Shown: positions 9,585 to 20,018 of the stretch, one piece after another
How positions within the stretch are numbered: the first letter of the stretch is position 1
Layout: the number at the start of each line of letters is the position of its first letter
Assembly (NCBI GenBank): GCA_965218585.1
Contig: CBDCLE010000010.1
Location: 1 to 64,000, forward strand
DNA length: 64,000 nt
From: Terriglobia bacterium
GTDB taxonomy: Bacteria > Acidobacteriota > Terriglobia > 20CM-2-55-15
Direction of reading: 5' to 3'
Translations under genes and position numbers: made by a program
Notes under the pieces: model-generated
Databases searched by the model: none
Seen by the model: the letters and a program-made list of their open reading frames with translations, nothing else
Told to the model about the DNA's origin: nothing

Positions 9585-10086
9585 CTAATTCGTCCTGTAA
9601 TTCGTGAATTCGATGTTTATCCCGAAATCGTCTTCCTTGACCAGGGCGATGACTTCCTGAAGCGCATCGCGGCTCTTTCCGCTTACCCGTACAAGATCTC
9701 CCTGAATCGACGCCTGAACTTTCAGCTTGCTCTGTTTTATCCTTTTTACGATCTCGCGACACTTCTCCATAGGTATTCCGTTTTGAATCGCGATCTCCTG
9801 GCGAACCGTCGACCCGGCGGCCGGCTGGACCGCTCCTCGAGTGAGCCCCTTCAACGGGACTTTCCGCCGAACCAGTTTCTGTTCGAGAACGTCATAGACC
9901 GCCTTGAGCTTGTAGTCGTCGACGCTGGCCAGCACGAGCTTGTGCTCCTTTTCGTCCAGATCGATCGTTGAGCCGGATCCTTTAAGGTCAAACCTGTTGA
10001 CGACTTCCTTTCTCGCCTGCCCGACGGCATTGAGCACTTCTACAAGATTCAATCGTAGAAACAATATCGAACGTATTACTTGGCAT
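9585..10086 (-). CDS. yajQ: YajQ-family nucleotide/c-di-GMP-binding protein, frameshift near 10050
   Basis: MPSNTFDIVS in one frame, then NAV.QA.KEV.NRFDLKG...QASIQGD.VRVSGKSRDALQ...FTNYR in another. Confidence 0.88.
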
Positions 10087-10140
10087 TGTAAGTCTCGGTG
10101 TTCCTTCCGGGAGTTTCTATTGCAGGGCTCTAACGAAGTT

Positions 10141-10169
10141 CAGTGAGGGCCGCTTCGAGGCCCTCACTG
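10141..10169. terminator. Hairpin between ssb and yajQ
   Basis: CAGTGAGGGCC-GCTTCGA-GGCCCTCACTG perfect 11-bp stem; lacks a clear U-tract. Confidence 0.5.
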
Positions 10170-10179
10170 CCTGTCGGAA

Positions 10180-10599
10180 TTAGAATGGGATGTCGTCGTC
10201 GGTGATTGCGACGCCTTCCGCAGCTGGCTTTTCCGCCTCGCGGCGAGAGCCCTCTCCGCCACCGGGAGAACCCAGAAGAACCATGTCACGGGCCCGGATA
10301 TCGAATGAGGTCCGCTTGTTCCCCTCCTTGTCTTCCCACTGACGCGAGTTGATACTCCCTTCGATATAGACTAGACGGCCCTTCGCCAGATATTGTCCGC
10401 AAATTTCAGCCAACCGGTCCCAGGCGATGACGTTGTGCCACTCGGTGCGTTCCTGTCGCTCTCCGCTGCTGCGGTCAGTCCAGGAGTCGTCCGTCGCCAT
10501 CGAAAAGCGGCAATATGCAGTGCCGCTTGCGGTGTATTTGAGTTCGGGGTCCCGACCGAGACGTCCAATCAAAGTCACTTTGTTCACTGATTTAGCCAT
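10180..10599 (-). CDS. ssb: Single-stranded DNA-binding protein
   Basis: SVNKVTLIGRLGRDPE, TEWHNV, C-terminal DDDIPF. Confidence 0.98.
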   Translation of the reverse strand: MAKSVNKVTLIGRLGRDPELKYTASGTAYCRFSMATDDSWTDRSSGERQERTEWHNVIAWDRLAEICGQYLAKGRLVYIEGSINSRQWEDKEGNKRTSFDIRARDMVLLGSPGGGEGSRREAEKPAAEGVAITDDDIPF

Positions 10600-10679
10600 A
10601 GATACTCCTAACAGTCTGTGTCACATCTTATGGTCAGCGACACGGACTGCACTGGTCTCGCCGGAAAGCAGAAACAACA

Positions 10680-11465
10680 TTACTGCCCGCCAAGCGCCTC
10701 GATTCGACTTTGAGCGCTGACGGCTTCAGTACTGTCGGGATAGTCTGAAACGACCTGACGGAGGAAGGTCAATGCATCCTGAGTCTGATCCATCGCTGCT
10801 AGGGCGAGACCTTTCTTGAACAGGGCAGTGACTGTTTTATCGCTCTCGGGATACTTCTGCAACAGAAAATCGTATTCGATGATCGCCTGCTCGTACGCAT
10901 CCTGGTTGAAATAGGAATCACCAATGTAGAGTTGGGCCTCGGACGCACGTGGGCTCGCAGGAAAATCGTCGATGTACGCCCTGAATCCTTCGATAGCCAA
11001 CTCGTAGTTGCCGGCCAACATATCGCCGAAGGCTAATCGCATCGATCCCTCGGGAGACTCCAGTTGGGTTGTCGTGGTGTTTAGAATGGTCAGTTGCTGG
11101 GATACCGAATTCATTTCAGTCCGCAGATCAGAAAGATTTCGGTTCATGATCTCGACATCATCGCCAAGATTCGAGACCAGCACCCGCATCTCACCGCTCA
11201 AACGGTCTGTACTGCTGCGCACGTCATCGAGAGCGCCCGATATGCGCTCCACCGCGTCTGCAAGAGGGATAACGCGGTCGGAGAGCTGTTCGACCAGCCC
11301 CTGGAGAGTAGCGTTCCGATCATCCAGGCTGTTCTGGATTTCAGCAACCTGCTGGGTCAAACGGATGATGTCTGCCTGTAGCTGGATGATCTCCCGCTCT
11401 TGACCGTGGGACGCAACCGACAGCGTCAACACAAGGGTCATAGCAAGAAGCAGTTTCCTTAGCAT
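10680..11465 (-). CDS. cpoB: Tol-Pal TPR protein CpoB/YbgF
   Basis: Signal peptide, coiled coil, TPRs (Y..AI..F...YP.S); downstream of pal. Confidence 0.85.
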   Translation of the reverse strand: MLRKLLLAMTLVLTLSVASHGQEREIIQLQADIIRLTQQVAEIQNSLDDRNATLQGLVEQLSDRVIPLADAVERISGALDDVRSSTDRLSGEMRVLVSNLGDDVEIMNRNLSDLRTEMNSVSQQLTILNTTTTQLESPEGSMRLAFGDMLAGNYELAIEGFRAYIDDFPASPRASEAQLYIGDSYFNQDAYEQAIIEYDFLLQKYPESDKTVTALFKKGLALAAMDQTQDALTFLRQVVSDYPDSTEAVSAQSRIEALGGQ

Positions 11466-11543
11466 TTCCGCGGAATTCTCCTCAGCGTTTTGTTCTTGGG
11501 CATGGAACCGGCCCTGGGCCGGTTCCACCAAATATTCGCGTCT

Positions 11544-12338
11544 CTATCGGAAGACGAACTCGGCGCGCCGATTCTGCTGGTAGCAGCCTTCGGTCGTGGC
11601 CGCGCAGGTCGGCCGGTCTTCTCCGAAACTCACCGTGTTGATTCGCCCCACTGCAACGCCCTGCTCGATCAGATACTGGCGCACCGCATTGGCACGGCGA
11701 TCACCGAGGCCGATATTGTATTCCTGGCTGCCGCGTTCGTCGGCATGCCCGCTGACCGTAAACTGAACGCCTGCGTTCTGTGAGAGGAAGCGGACGTTGA
11801 CCTGCAGTTGCCCGACCTGATCCGCACGAATTTCAGACTGATCATAGTCGAACAGGATCGGTTGCACCGTCGAATTAAACAACTCCTCTACTGTCGGCGC
11901 GGGAGCATCCGGAACAGGTGCCGCGGTCGGCGGTGGCGGCGGTGCATTCACGGTGACACGCACGGTATCGGTGGCGGTGCCTCCCGGACCTGTTGCGGTC
12001 GCCGTATAGGTCACCGAAGAATTCGGGCTGACCGAACGCGTCCCCGACGTGCCTACTTCGCCGATTCCAGGTTCGATTCGAACGGTATTCGCGTTGTTCG
12101 CATCCCACTCCAACGTGGTCGATCCACCCTGTTCGATTGAAGCCGGCGAAGCACTCAGATTCACCGCTGGTGCAGGGGGTGGCGGTGGCGGCGCGGCTTC
12201 TTCCGGCGGTGGCGGTGGCGTGGCAGCAGGTCTCCCGCAGGAGAGGGAAAACAAACCTACGAATACCAAAAGCACTAGCCAGCCCGAGGGCCGGCTCCGC
12301 AGCGATCTACCAATTTCAGACGGCTTTCCAGATTTCAT
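11544..12338 (-). CDS. pal: Peptidoglycan-associated lipoprotein (OmpA domain, with extra Ig-like domain)
   Basis: Lipobox LSCG, Pro-rich linkers, FDYDQS, GHADERGS.EYN..LG.RRA, NRRAEF. Confidence 0.9.
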   Translation of the reverse strand: MKSGKPSEIGRSLRSRPSGWLVLLVFVGLFSLSCGRPAATPPPPPEEAAPPPPPPAPAVNLSASPASIEQGGSTTLEWDANNANTVRIEPGIGEVGTSGTRSVSPNSSVTYTATATGPGGTATDTVRVTVNAPPPPPTAAPVPDAPAPTVEELFNSTVQPILFDYDQSEIRADQVGQLQVNVRFLSQNAGVQFTVSGHADERGSQEYNIGLGDRRANAVRQYLIEQGVAVGRINTVSFGEDRPTCAATTEGCYQQNRRAEFVFR

Positions 12339-12381
12339 CGGTACAGGTCTCCTTATGATCTCATTTGAGGAAAATCGAGAC

Positions 12382-13752
12382 TCATTCTCCCATGTAATTG
12401 GACCAGGAGGGATTCACATTATTTCCCTGACTTGTCAATCGCCTTACTTTTGTCCCATCGGCCAGCATCGAATAGATCTGGCGGGAACCGTTTCGGTTCG
12501 ATTCAAACACCAGATGGCGCCCATCGGGGGACCAGCTCGGACTCTCGTTGTTGCCCTCGTTCTCGGTCAACTGGACGGTTCGGTCGACCGCGAGGTCGTA
12601 AATCCAAATATCGAAGTTTCCCCGAGTTCGCTGCCAGTGAAACGCTATCGTCTGTCCGTCAGGGGACCACGCCGGGCTCCCGGCATTGCCGCCGCCCTCG
12701 ACAATCCGACGGATATTACCACCTTCCGCATCAATGATATACAGCTGCGGAGACCCGCTTCGGTCGGAAACGAACGCGATCTCCCGGCCCGTCCCCGGAT
12801 TCCACACCGGAGAGATGTCCACACCCCAGGAGTTAGTCAACCTTCGCACATTTTCACCGCGCACGTCGGACACATAAAGTTCCATATCCGGACGTCCACG
12901 AGCTTCACGCATGCTAGAGGAAAACGCAATGCGGTCACCGTCCGGAGACCATGCGGGCGTGGTCGTCGTTCCGGAAAACTCAGGAAACTGGAAACGCCGA
13001 CGGTCCACGGGCGACATGATCACGACATCCGCTTTGTCGCGCCCATAACCGGTAAACCCGATCATCGTGCCGTCCGGCGACCAGCTGGGCGTCACCGCAA
13101 GAGAACCGAGCGTGGTCAGCTGGTACTGGTTAGCCCCGTCATAATCCATGACGAAGACCTCCCTGACAATCTCGTCATCACCGCTGACGCGGTCCGATTC
13201 GAACGCGATCTTCGTCTGTGCGACGCCCCGGATACCTCCGCCAAGAGTTTGAATGACGAGATCGGCGAACTGGTGAGCGATCAACCGGACCGAGCGCTCG
13301 TTCATCTCGCCACGATATCGCCGGCCTAACCGCTCGCGTTCTTCGATACGTGTCTTCAGATCCCAGAGGCGCGCTTCAAGAACAAACTGACCCCCTACGA
13401 CCGACGCATTTCCGAAGGCTAACATTTGAGCATCGACGGTCGTCGACGTCCATTCCTCCGGGTCCACATCGACAGGGCCCGAAAACCGGCCCAGAGGATA
13501 AAAGTCGGGACTGATCAGTGAAATCACTCCGGAAAAATCAATATCGTTCCAGAGCGTTTCGTTAAAGACCGTTGCCAGCTGGGCTGCTTCGGTCGACTCG
13601 GAGGGAAACTGGGGCAACGCCAACCGTACCGATGTCGCACCTGTGCTTGTTCCCGTTTCAATCTGCGCCTGCTGAGACAGGAGTGTCCACGAGGGAAAAA
13701 GGAAAACGACCAGAAAGAAAAACGCGCTTTTTTGAAATGAGCTCATCATCAT
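12382..13752 (-). CDS. tolB: Tol-Pal beta-propeller protein
   Basis: AHQFAD, TKIAF, MDYDGAN, repeated P.WSPDG motifs. Confidence 0.93.
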   Translation of the reverse strand: MMMSSFQKSAFFFLVVFLFPSWTLLSQQAQIETGTSTGATSVRLALPQFPSESTEAAQLATVFNETLWNDIDFSGVISLISPDFYPLGRFSGPVDVDPEEWTSTTVDAQMLAFGNASVVGGQFVLEARLWDLKTRIEERERLGRRYRGEMNERSVRLIAHQFADLVIQTLGGGIRGVAQTKIAFESDRVSGDDEIVREVFVMDYDGANQYQLTTLGSLAVTPSWSPDGTMIGFTGYGRDKADVVIMSPVDRRRFQFPEFSGTTTTPAWSPDGDRIAFSSSMREARGRPDMELYVSDVRGENVRRLTNSWGVDISPVWNPGTGREIAFVSDRSGSPQLYIIDAEGGNIRRIVEGGGNAGSPAWSPDGQTIAFHWQRTRGNFDIWIYDLAVDRTVQLTENEGNNESPSWSPDGRHLVFESNRNGSRQIYSMLADGTKVRRLTSQGNNVNPSWSNYMGE

Positions 13753-13754
13753 AC

Positions 13755-14564
13755 TCACCGGGTGTATTCGAACCAGAACCTGACGCTGACGCTCCGGCCT
13801 CTCAAGTCTCCCGGCAGGGGCGCAAGGGGATTGGATGCAAAAATCGCCCGCATCGCCGAGCGATCGAGGGTCGGGATGCCGCTCGATTCTTCGATCTGTT
13901 CGTTCATGATCGTCCCGTCACGCAAGATATCAAAACTTACGTAGATACGCGGCGCGGTGTTCACGCTGGCTGCGATCATGGACTGAAGCCAGTTTTCGGA
14001 AATCCTCCGGGTAATCGACTCTACATAGCTGCCGTAGCGTTCACCAAAAGCACCCTCACCCATCGCCACGGCACCGGTACCATCGCCGGAACCGAACTGT
14101 CCGAAGTTGATCGCAGGCAGGCCTCCCTCACCAAATGGTATGGCATTGTCGGGTATCGACGTTGATTCAGTCTCGCCAGTGGGCGCCGGCCTCGGCGGCG
14201 GCGGGGGGGGCGTGGTCTCCACCGGCGCAAGGGTCTCGGGGACGGGTTCGGCCTCGACAACAGAAACTTCCTCTGGAGCGGACTCTTCGGGCGGCGGCGC
14301 CACTGGCTCAGACTCAAAGAACCCTGCAGACTCGTTCGCAGCGGCCGTTTCGTTCATGACTGCGGGCGCGGGAAGGGGAATGCCGGATATGTTGGATACG
14401 ATGGACACGCTCACACCTGCTTCGCCGCCCTCTTCGGAACCCCACCCGGTAATCCCGTAGGCAGGGAATATGCCAGGAAGCATAACCACCGTAACGCCCA
14501 GCGCCGCATGCAATACAAGTGACATGAGGATCCCGCGGCCCAGTTTTTCAGGACTGTTCCTCAT
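13755..14564 (-). CDS. TolA/TonB-family energy transducer
   Basis: S..LH transmembrane motif, Pro/Glu-rich linker, SSG...LDRSA.RA TonB_C domain. Confidence 0.85.
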   Translation of the reverse strand: MRNSPEKLGRGILMSLVLHAALGVTVVMLPGIFPAYGITGWGSEEGGEAGVSVSIVSNISGIPLPAPAVMNETAAANESAGFFESEPVAPPPEESAPEEVSVVEAEPVPETLAPVETTPPPPPPRPAPTGETESTSIPDNAIPFGEGGLPAINFGQFGSGDGTGAVAMGEGAFGERYGSYVESITRRISENWLQSMIAASVNTAPRIYVSFDILRDGTIMNEQIEESSGIPTLDRSAMRAIFASNPLAPLPGDLRGRSVSVRFWFEYTR

Positions 14565-14983
14565 TGTTCCGTTGCGTCCAGCGGCTGAGTGACAACACTG
14601 ATGTTTTCGATCCCCACTTCTTTCAAGCGGTCCATTACGACTGCAATTGTCCCCCACGGAACGGATGTGTCGGCCCTCAGGTAGATACTCCGATCAGTCG
14701 GATCGGGCATTAGAGCCTCTAGTTCCGGTCCCAGTTCATTGATGTTGATGGAATCGCTCTGCAGATAGAGTCCCTGCTCCCGGTCGATAGAAAGGACCAC
14801 CCGGTCTTCGGTCAGCTCCCGGACGATCTCGGTACGCGGAACTTCCACTTCGATCCCGGACTGTATAACCGGCGCCGTTACCATGAAGATGATCAACAGG
14901 ACCAACATGATGTCGATGAACGGAATCATGTTGATTTCCGAGAGCTGAGTCTGAGTTTTACCGTCTTGTGTTGTAAACGCCAT
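14561..14983 (-). CDS. tolR: TolR/ExbD
   Basis: EINMIPFIDIMLVLLIIFMVTAP, LRAD. Confidence 0.9.
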   Translation of the reverse strand: MAFTTQDGKTQTQLSEINMIPFIDIMLVLLIIFMVTAPVIQSGIEVEVPRTEIVRELTEDRVVLSIDREQGLYLQSDSININELGPELEALMPDPTDRSIYLRADTSVPWGTIAVVMDRLKEVGIENISVVTQPLDATEQ

Positions 14984-15015
14984 CGGCCTTCGTTCACCCC
15001 AGGATCTGGAGGGTT

Positions 15016-15729
15016 CTACTCACCCACGCCCTTCTTCTCGGCGATCGCCAGCAATTCGGCCTGCAAATCGTCGAGCTGTCCGCTCTGGCGCCGAATCTCT
15101 GCCACGAACAAATTGTAGGCCACAACTGCGGGTATTGCCGCAAAAAGGCCTAATGCCGTAGCAATCAGGGCTTCGGCAATACCCTGGCCTACGGCATTCA
15201 ACGTTGTCACATCGGTGTTCCCGAGACCCACAAACGCGCCGATAATCCCCCAGACAGTTCCGAACAGTCCGATGAAGGGCGTCACTGCGGCAGTTGTCGC
15301 CAGCAGAGTCATCCGGGACTCCAACAGGGCAACCTGAGCCACTGATGCGCGATGAAGCACCCTTTCGATCATGGTGATCGTCGCCACCTTTGTCTGCACT
15401 GTCCCATCCGCCTCGGTCGCCCCTGGATCGATCATCTCGTAACCGGCTTCGAAGACCGGCATCAGAGGCGTGAACCGCAATGTCTCGCGTGCCCCCCTGA
15501 TCTCGGACAGACTGTGTGCCTTTTCAAAGACCTGCCAGAAGGTTTCCGATTCCCTGCGGATTTTTCTGAACAGGAGGAGCTTGGAGAGAATCACACCCCA
15601 GGAGGCAACGGAAAAGATCAGCAGGATCAACAGGACAACACGTACGATGGGGCCAGTGGTTCCGAGCAACGCCACGATGTCGGCGCCGCCCTGAAGAATC
15701 CAGACGGCGGGATATCCAGCAACGACCAA
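15016..15729 (-). CDS. tolQ: TolQ/ExbB/MotA proton channel
   Basis: PFIGLFGTVWGI, GIAEALIATALGLFAAIPAV. Confidence 0.92.
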   Translation of the reverse strand: MVVAGYPAVWILQGGADIVALLGTTGPIVRVVLLILLIFSVASWGVILSKLLLFRKIRRESETFWQVFEKAHSLSEIRGARETLRFTPLMPVFEAGYEMIDPGATEADGTVQTKVATITMIERVLHRASVAQVALLESRMTLLATTAAVTPFIGLFGTVWGIIGAFVGLGNTDVTTLNAVGQGIAEALIATALGLFAAIPAVVAYNLFVAEIRRQSGQLDDLQAELLAIAEKKGVGE

Positions 15730-15864
15730 GTTGCTTCCTCCTTATCTAGCCGGACTACTCATCGGCATTCGAAATATAAGACGGGCTGTCGCAAAAAAAG
15801 AAACACCAACACCGCAAGTATTCCGCATTGAAACCTCACGGCCCTTGGCATATAACCAGCCGGT

Positions 15865-17502
15865 ATGCTCCGTTTGCTTCGCGTACGGCATTTCGCACTG
15901 ATCGACGACCTCGAGCTCCAGTTTGAAGGCGGATTCAACCTGATTTCCGGCGAAACCGGCGCCGGAAAATCCCTGATCGTCGATGCGCTGGCCCTCATCG
16001 CCGGCGCCAAGGCGTCGGGCGACACCATTCGAAGGGGCGAGGGCCACGCCATCATCGAGGCCGTTTTTGAACCGCCCGACGGCCTGGATCTCGCCCGGAT
16101 CGGTATCGATCCCGAAGACGAACTGGTCCTGCGGCGTGAGATATCGGCTGACAACAGAAACCGGGTGTTCATCAACAGCCAGCCCAGTACGGTAACGGCG
16201 CTGCGCACTCTTGCGCCGGACCTGGTCGACATCCATGGGCAGCACGAGCAGCAAACGCTACTCGATACGGCCAACCAGCTCGCACTGATTGACCGTGCTG
16301 CAAAGGCGGATTCGCTTCGCCACGAGGTTCACACTCTCTATGACGCAATCCGGTTCCTGGAGGACGAGTTGGCCTCCCTCCAGCAGGACGAATCGGAACT
16401 GCTTCAACGCGCTGACCTCTTGCGCTTTCAGCGTGAAGAGATCGAGCGGATCGGGCCCAAGGCAGGAGAAACCGAAATCCTCGGCGAAAAAGTCCGGGTT
16501 CTCGCCAATTCGGAAAAACTACTCGAAGCTGCGGCGGACGGTTACGACGCACTTTATGAAGCAGATTCCTCAATCCTTTCACAACTGGCAACAGTCGAAC
16601 GAAACATACGTGACGCCCGATCACACGACACACGACTGGCGGATATCTCTGAACAGGCTGCCACCGCGCGAACTCTCGTCGAAGATCTCGCGTATGCCCT
16701 CCGCGACTATTTGAACCAACTCGAGGTTGACCCCGGAGCACTGGAACAACTCCAGACCCGCCTGGCCGAACTGGAGCGACTGCACCGGAAGTACGGACCG
16801 GACCTCCTTGCGCACTTGGAAACGGTAATCCAGGAACTGGACAATATAGGTCTTCGGGACAGCAAACAGATTGAAATTACAGGGCAACTGGAGAATCTCA
16901 GGACTCAATATAGGAAAGCGGCCGAAGGGCTGAGCCAGCGGCGAAAGACCAACGCCCCGACGCTGTCAAAATCAGTGACATCTGAAATTCGATCTCTCGC
17001 TATGCCGGGGGCTGACTTCAGAATCGACTGGGCTCCGCTCGACCCCGGGCGAGCGTCTGGAATCGACGCACCACGGCTTCTTTTGAGCCCGAATAAGGGG
17101 GAAGCGGCTGGACTCCTGTCTGAGATCGCCTCTGGCGGGGAGCTTTCACGAGCGATGCTCGCCCTGCGGACGGTCATGGTGGGCAACGATACGGACCGTA
17201 CACTCGTATTCGACGAAATCGATGCCGGGATCGGAGGCGAGGCCGCCGAAACGGTGGGCCGAAAACTCAAGCGTTTGTCCAGGTCCTATCAGGTGCTTTG
17301 CGTGACTCACCTAGCCCAGATCGCCCGATTTGCCGACCAGCATGCCCGAATCGAAAAGCTCGTCGTCGATAAGCGTACCGTAACTCGCGTGGAGATACTT
17401 AGTGGAGACGGGCGCATCGAGGAACTTGCCCGGATGATGAGCGGCCCGAAGGTGAGTGACGCGGCCCGGCAGCATGTCCGGGAGCTATTGGAAAGGCAAT
17501 GA
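15865..17502 (+). CDS. recN: DNA repair protein RecN
   Basis: GETGAGKS, IHGQHE, ASGGELSR, FDEIDAGIGG, CVTHLAQIA. Confidence 0.97.
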   Translation: MLRLLRVRHFALIDDLELQFEGGFNLISGETGAGKSLIVDALALIAGAKASGDTIRRGEGHAIIEAVFEPPDGLDLARIGIDPEDELVLRREISADNRNRVFINSQPSTVTALRTLAPDLVDIHGQHEQQTLLDTANQLALIDRAAKADSLRHEVHTLYDAIRFLEDELASLQQDESELLQRADLLRFQREEIERIGPKAGETEILGEKVRVLANSEKLLEAAADGYDALYEADSSILSQLATVERNIRDARSHDTRLADISEQAATARTLVEDLAYALRDYLNQLEVDPGALEQLQTRLAELERLHRKYGPDLLAHLETVIQELDNIGLRDSKQIEITGQLENLRTQYRKAAEGLSQRRKTNAPTLSKSVTSEIRSLAMPGADFRIDWAPLDPGRASGIDAPRLLLSPNKGEAAGLLSEIASGGELSRAMLALRTVMVGNDTDRTLVFDEIDAGIGGEAAETVGRKLKRLSRSYQVLCVTHLAQIARFADQHARIEKLVVDKRTVTRVEILSGDGRIEELARMMSGPKVSDAARQHVRELLERQ

Positions 17503-17585
17503 CTCACCGCTTTAGCGGCTATGCAGTGATTGCCGTAGTGGGCTAAGAGCGTGTATATCGGGCCAGATCGGAACTCACTAAACTC

Positions 17586-17941
17586 TCGCTGAAGATTTCG
17601 CTCGGTCGTTCAAACGGCAAACCAATACTGTCGCGTTAAACGGGTGGGCCGAACAACCGGCGAGCTCGCCGACGTCATTAGCGTCGGGCCCACCGTCCCC
17701 CTGTAACCCAAACTGCGGAGAGGGCACTGACATTTTCGTGTTTCGATGTTTCTCGGGAACTCGAACGCCGGTCCGCCCCCTCCCCCCACGCCATCGGATG
17801 ATCGCAAGCCCTTGTGAGGAATCCGGAACGTTAGGTCAAAAGAATAGAAAGGGCCCGCAGTCAGGAGACTGCGGGCGGCGAGGTCGCTCGGTCAGGATGA
17901 CCGTCTGAGCGACCGCTGCAAGTCTTTAGCCCCTTCAAACA
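17586..17941 (-). repeat. Second long copy of dispersed hairpin-rich repeat
   Basis: Inverted homolog of 4730-5056; hairpins CCCGCAGTC-AGGA-GACTGCGGG and GGTC-AGGAT-GACC. Confidence 0.85.
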
Positions 17942-17967
17942 AGCAGACTATCTCTCAGTATGAGTCA

Positions 17968-19353
17968 GAGTTATTGTCAAAAGTGGTGTTTTGCCGATTG
18001 ACTCAAGCGGCGGCCTGATCGACGTGGGTCACTTCGATTCCATCGTTGAATTTCACTCCAGTAATCACCTTGGGCAGATCATCGAATCCTCGTAATCGTC
18101 GCCAGTTCTTCTGAGCGCACTGTCCCAGTTTGAACATCATGTGCAGCATGCCAACCCGCGTCAGGCAACCCCTGGATCGCTTGGTTCGGTGGCGAATGGT
18201 AGCAAAGGTCGACTCAATGGGATTGGTCGTTCGGATGCTCTGCCAGTGCTTGGCCGGGAAGTTGAAGAAGGCCAGCAGTTCTTCTTTGTCTTTCTGGAGG
18301 CAGCGAGTGGCTTTCGGATACTTCGGCTCATAGGTTTCAATGAACAGATCGAATGCCTTCTCGGCGTCTGCCTGTGTCTGAGCCCGCCAGATCGCGTGCA
18401 AAGCCTGTTTCGCCTTCGCCTGGGCCGACTTCGGGAGCCCGTTCAGTACGTTCATGGTCTTGTGCATCCAGCAACGTTGGTGACGTGTCTCGGGATAGAT
18501 TTCCTCCAGTGCGGCCCAGAATCCCATCGCACCGTCTCCGATGGCCAACTTCGGGATATTCATCCCACGCGACTTCAGCTTTAACAAGACCTCGCGCCAA
18601 CTCTGTGTCGATTCCCGGACACCGTCTTCGATTGCCAGAAAACGTTTCTCTCCGCGTTGATTCGCGCCGATCACCACCAGTGCGCACAACTTGGTTTCTT
18701 CGGCCCGCAGTCCGCTGTAGATACCGTCGGCCCAGACATAGACCCAGCGATCGGCATCCAATCGCTCCTCGCATCCCCGGCGGTACTGCTCGGCCCAGAC
18801 CTGTTTCAACCGCGATACCGTGCTCGCCGACAGGCCCTGCGCCTGGGGTCCGACAAGAACTTTTAGAGCGTCACCCATCTCGCCGCTGGAGACGCCTTTC
18901 AAATACAACCACGGCACCGCTGCTTCCAGCGATTTCGTTTTCCGAATGTAGGGAGGTACCAGGGCCGACCGGAACGTTACCGGGTCGCCAGTCTTCGCTC
19001 GGACTTTCGGGATCTGGACCGTTACCGGCCCCAAACCGGTCTGCAGTTCACGTTCAGGCAGATAACCGTTGCGCACCACCCCGGCGTTGCCCGTCTCGGT
19101 TCTCCGATCGCCGTGGTGGGATAGCAGTTCCGCCAATTCGGTTTCCACCGCGCGTTGGATCAGTTGCTGAGCTCCAACTCGTAGTAGCTCTGTTATCGGA
19201 TCCTCAATCGTCTCTCGACCCTCCGGTCCATTCACGTTACTCTTGCTCATAGTGGCGTATCTCCCTTGGTTGCTTTGAAGTCTGGTAAACAACAAATCAA
19301 CCAGATACGCCGCTCTTCCTCAATCCCTTAAACACCAGATTCGGTTATAACTC
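17968..19353 (-). mobile_element. IS256-family element
   Basis: Imperfect 24-bp IRs GAGTTAT...TGGTGTTT; 9-bp target duplication TATGAGTCA (17959-17967, 19354-19362). Confidence 0.93.
18003..19250 (-). CDS. IS256-family transposase
   Basis: RNGYLPER, YVWADGIY, IGDGAMGFW, QRCWMHK, IRTTNPIESTF. Confidence 0.95.
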   Translation of the reverse strand: MSKSNVNGPEGRETIEDPITELLRVGAQQLIQRAVETELAELLSHHGDRRTETGNAGVVRNGYLPERELQTGLGPVTVQIPKVRAKTGDPVTFRSALVPPYIRKTKSLEAAVPWLYLKGVSSGEMGDALKVLVGPQAQGLSASTVSRLKQVWAEQYRRGCEERLDADRWVYVWADGIYSGLRAEETKLCALVVIGANQRGEKRFLAIEDGVRESTQSWREVLLKLKSRGMNIPKLAIGDGAMGFWAALEEIYPETRHQRCWMHKTMNVLNGLPKSAQAKAKQALHAIWRAQTQADAEKAFDLFIETYEPKYPKATRCLQKDKEELLAFFNFPAKHWQSIRTTNPIESTFATIRHRTKRSRGCLTRVGMLHMMFKLGQCAQKNWRRLRGFDDLPKVITGVKFNDGIEVTHVDQAAA

Positions 19354-19474
19354 TATGAGTCAGCCGTAATATCAAGAGACGTCATTATCTGAAGAGTACA
19401 AACGGCAATGATTTGCAATTTCGATGACTAAGGATATACATTGCGAAAGAATGCAATCGCACTAGGGGTCGATC

Positions 19475-19960
19475 TTGGAAGTTGAGATGAAAATCAGGGG
19501 CCTGATGATGGACCCGATAACGAATATGCCCATCGTGATCCTGAAGGAAGCGACGGGCAATGCGATCCTCCCCATCTGGGTCGGTGTTTCCGAGGCCAAC
19601 GCGATCGCATTGGAAATCGAAAAAGTAGTCACGCCCCGCCCCATGACCCACGATTTACTGAAGAACGTGCTTATTGGTCTGGACAGCCATGTCCAGAAGG
19701 TTGTCGTCACGTCCATTAAGGACGACACGTTTTACGCTGTGATATGGATTGACAGCGACGGTCGGCTTATTTCGGTCGATTCCAGACCCAGCGACGCACT
19801 TGCATTGGCGCTTCGGATCGATTGTCCGATTCTGGTAGAAGACGACGTGCTGCGGAACTCCAAAGGCCAGGCAAGCAACCCGGAACGGAGCATCACGAAC
19901 GAAGACTTGAAGCGTTGGCTCGACCAGAACGACGAAGATCTCGGCAAGTACAAGATGTAG
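19475..19960 (+). CDS. Bifunctional nuclease family protein (DUF151)
   Basis: LPIWVG..EA.AI, PRPMTHDL, DSRPSDALALALR. Confidence 0.92.
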   Translation: MEVEMKIRGLMMDPITNMPIVILKEATGNAILPIWVGVSEANAIALEIEKVVTPRPMTHDLLKNVLIGLDSHVQKVVVTSIKDDTFYAVIWIDSDGRLISVDSRPSDALALALRIDCPILVEDDVLRNSKGQASNPERSITNEDLKRWLDQNDEDLGKYKM

Positions 19961-20018
19961 GCTCCCGGGGCGTCACCCCCTCGGTTCGGAACCTGTCTTT
20001 CTTCTTTTTAGCCCTCTA

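Noticed and set aside
12049-13329. 426-aa plus-strand ORF
   Set aside because: Antisense to pal/tolB with no recognisable motifs; typical of GC-rich DNA
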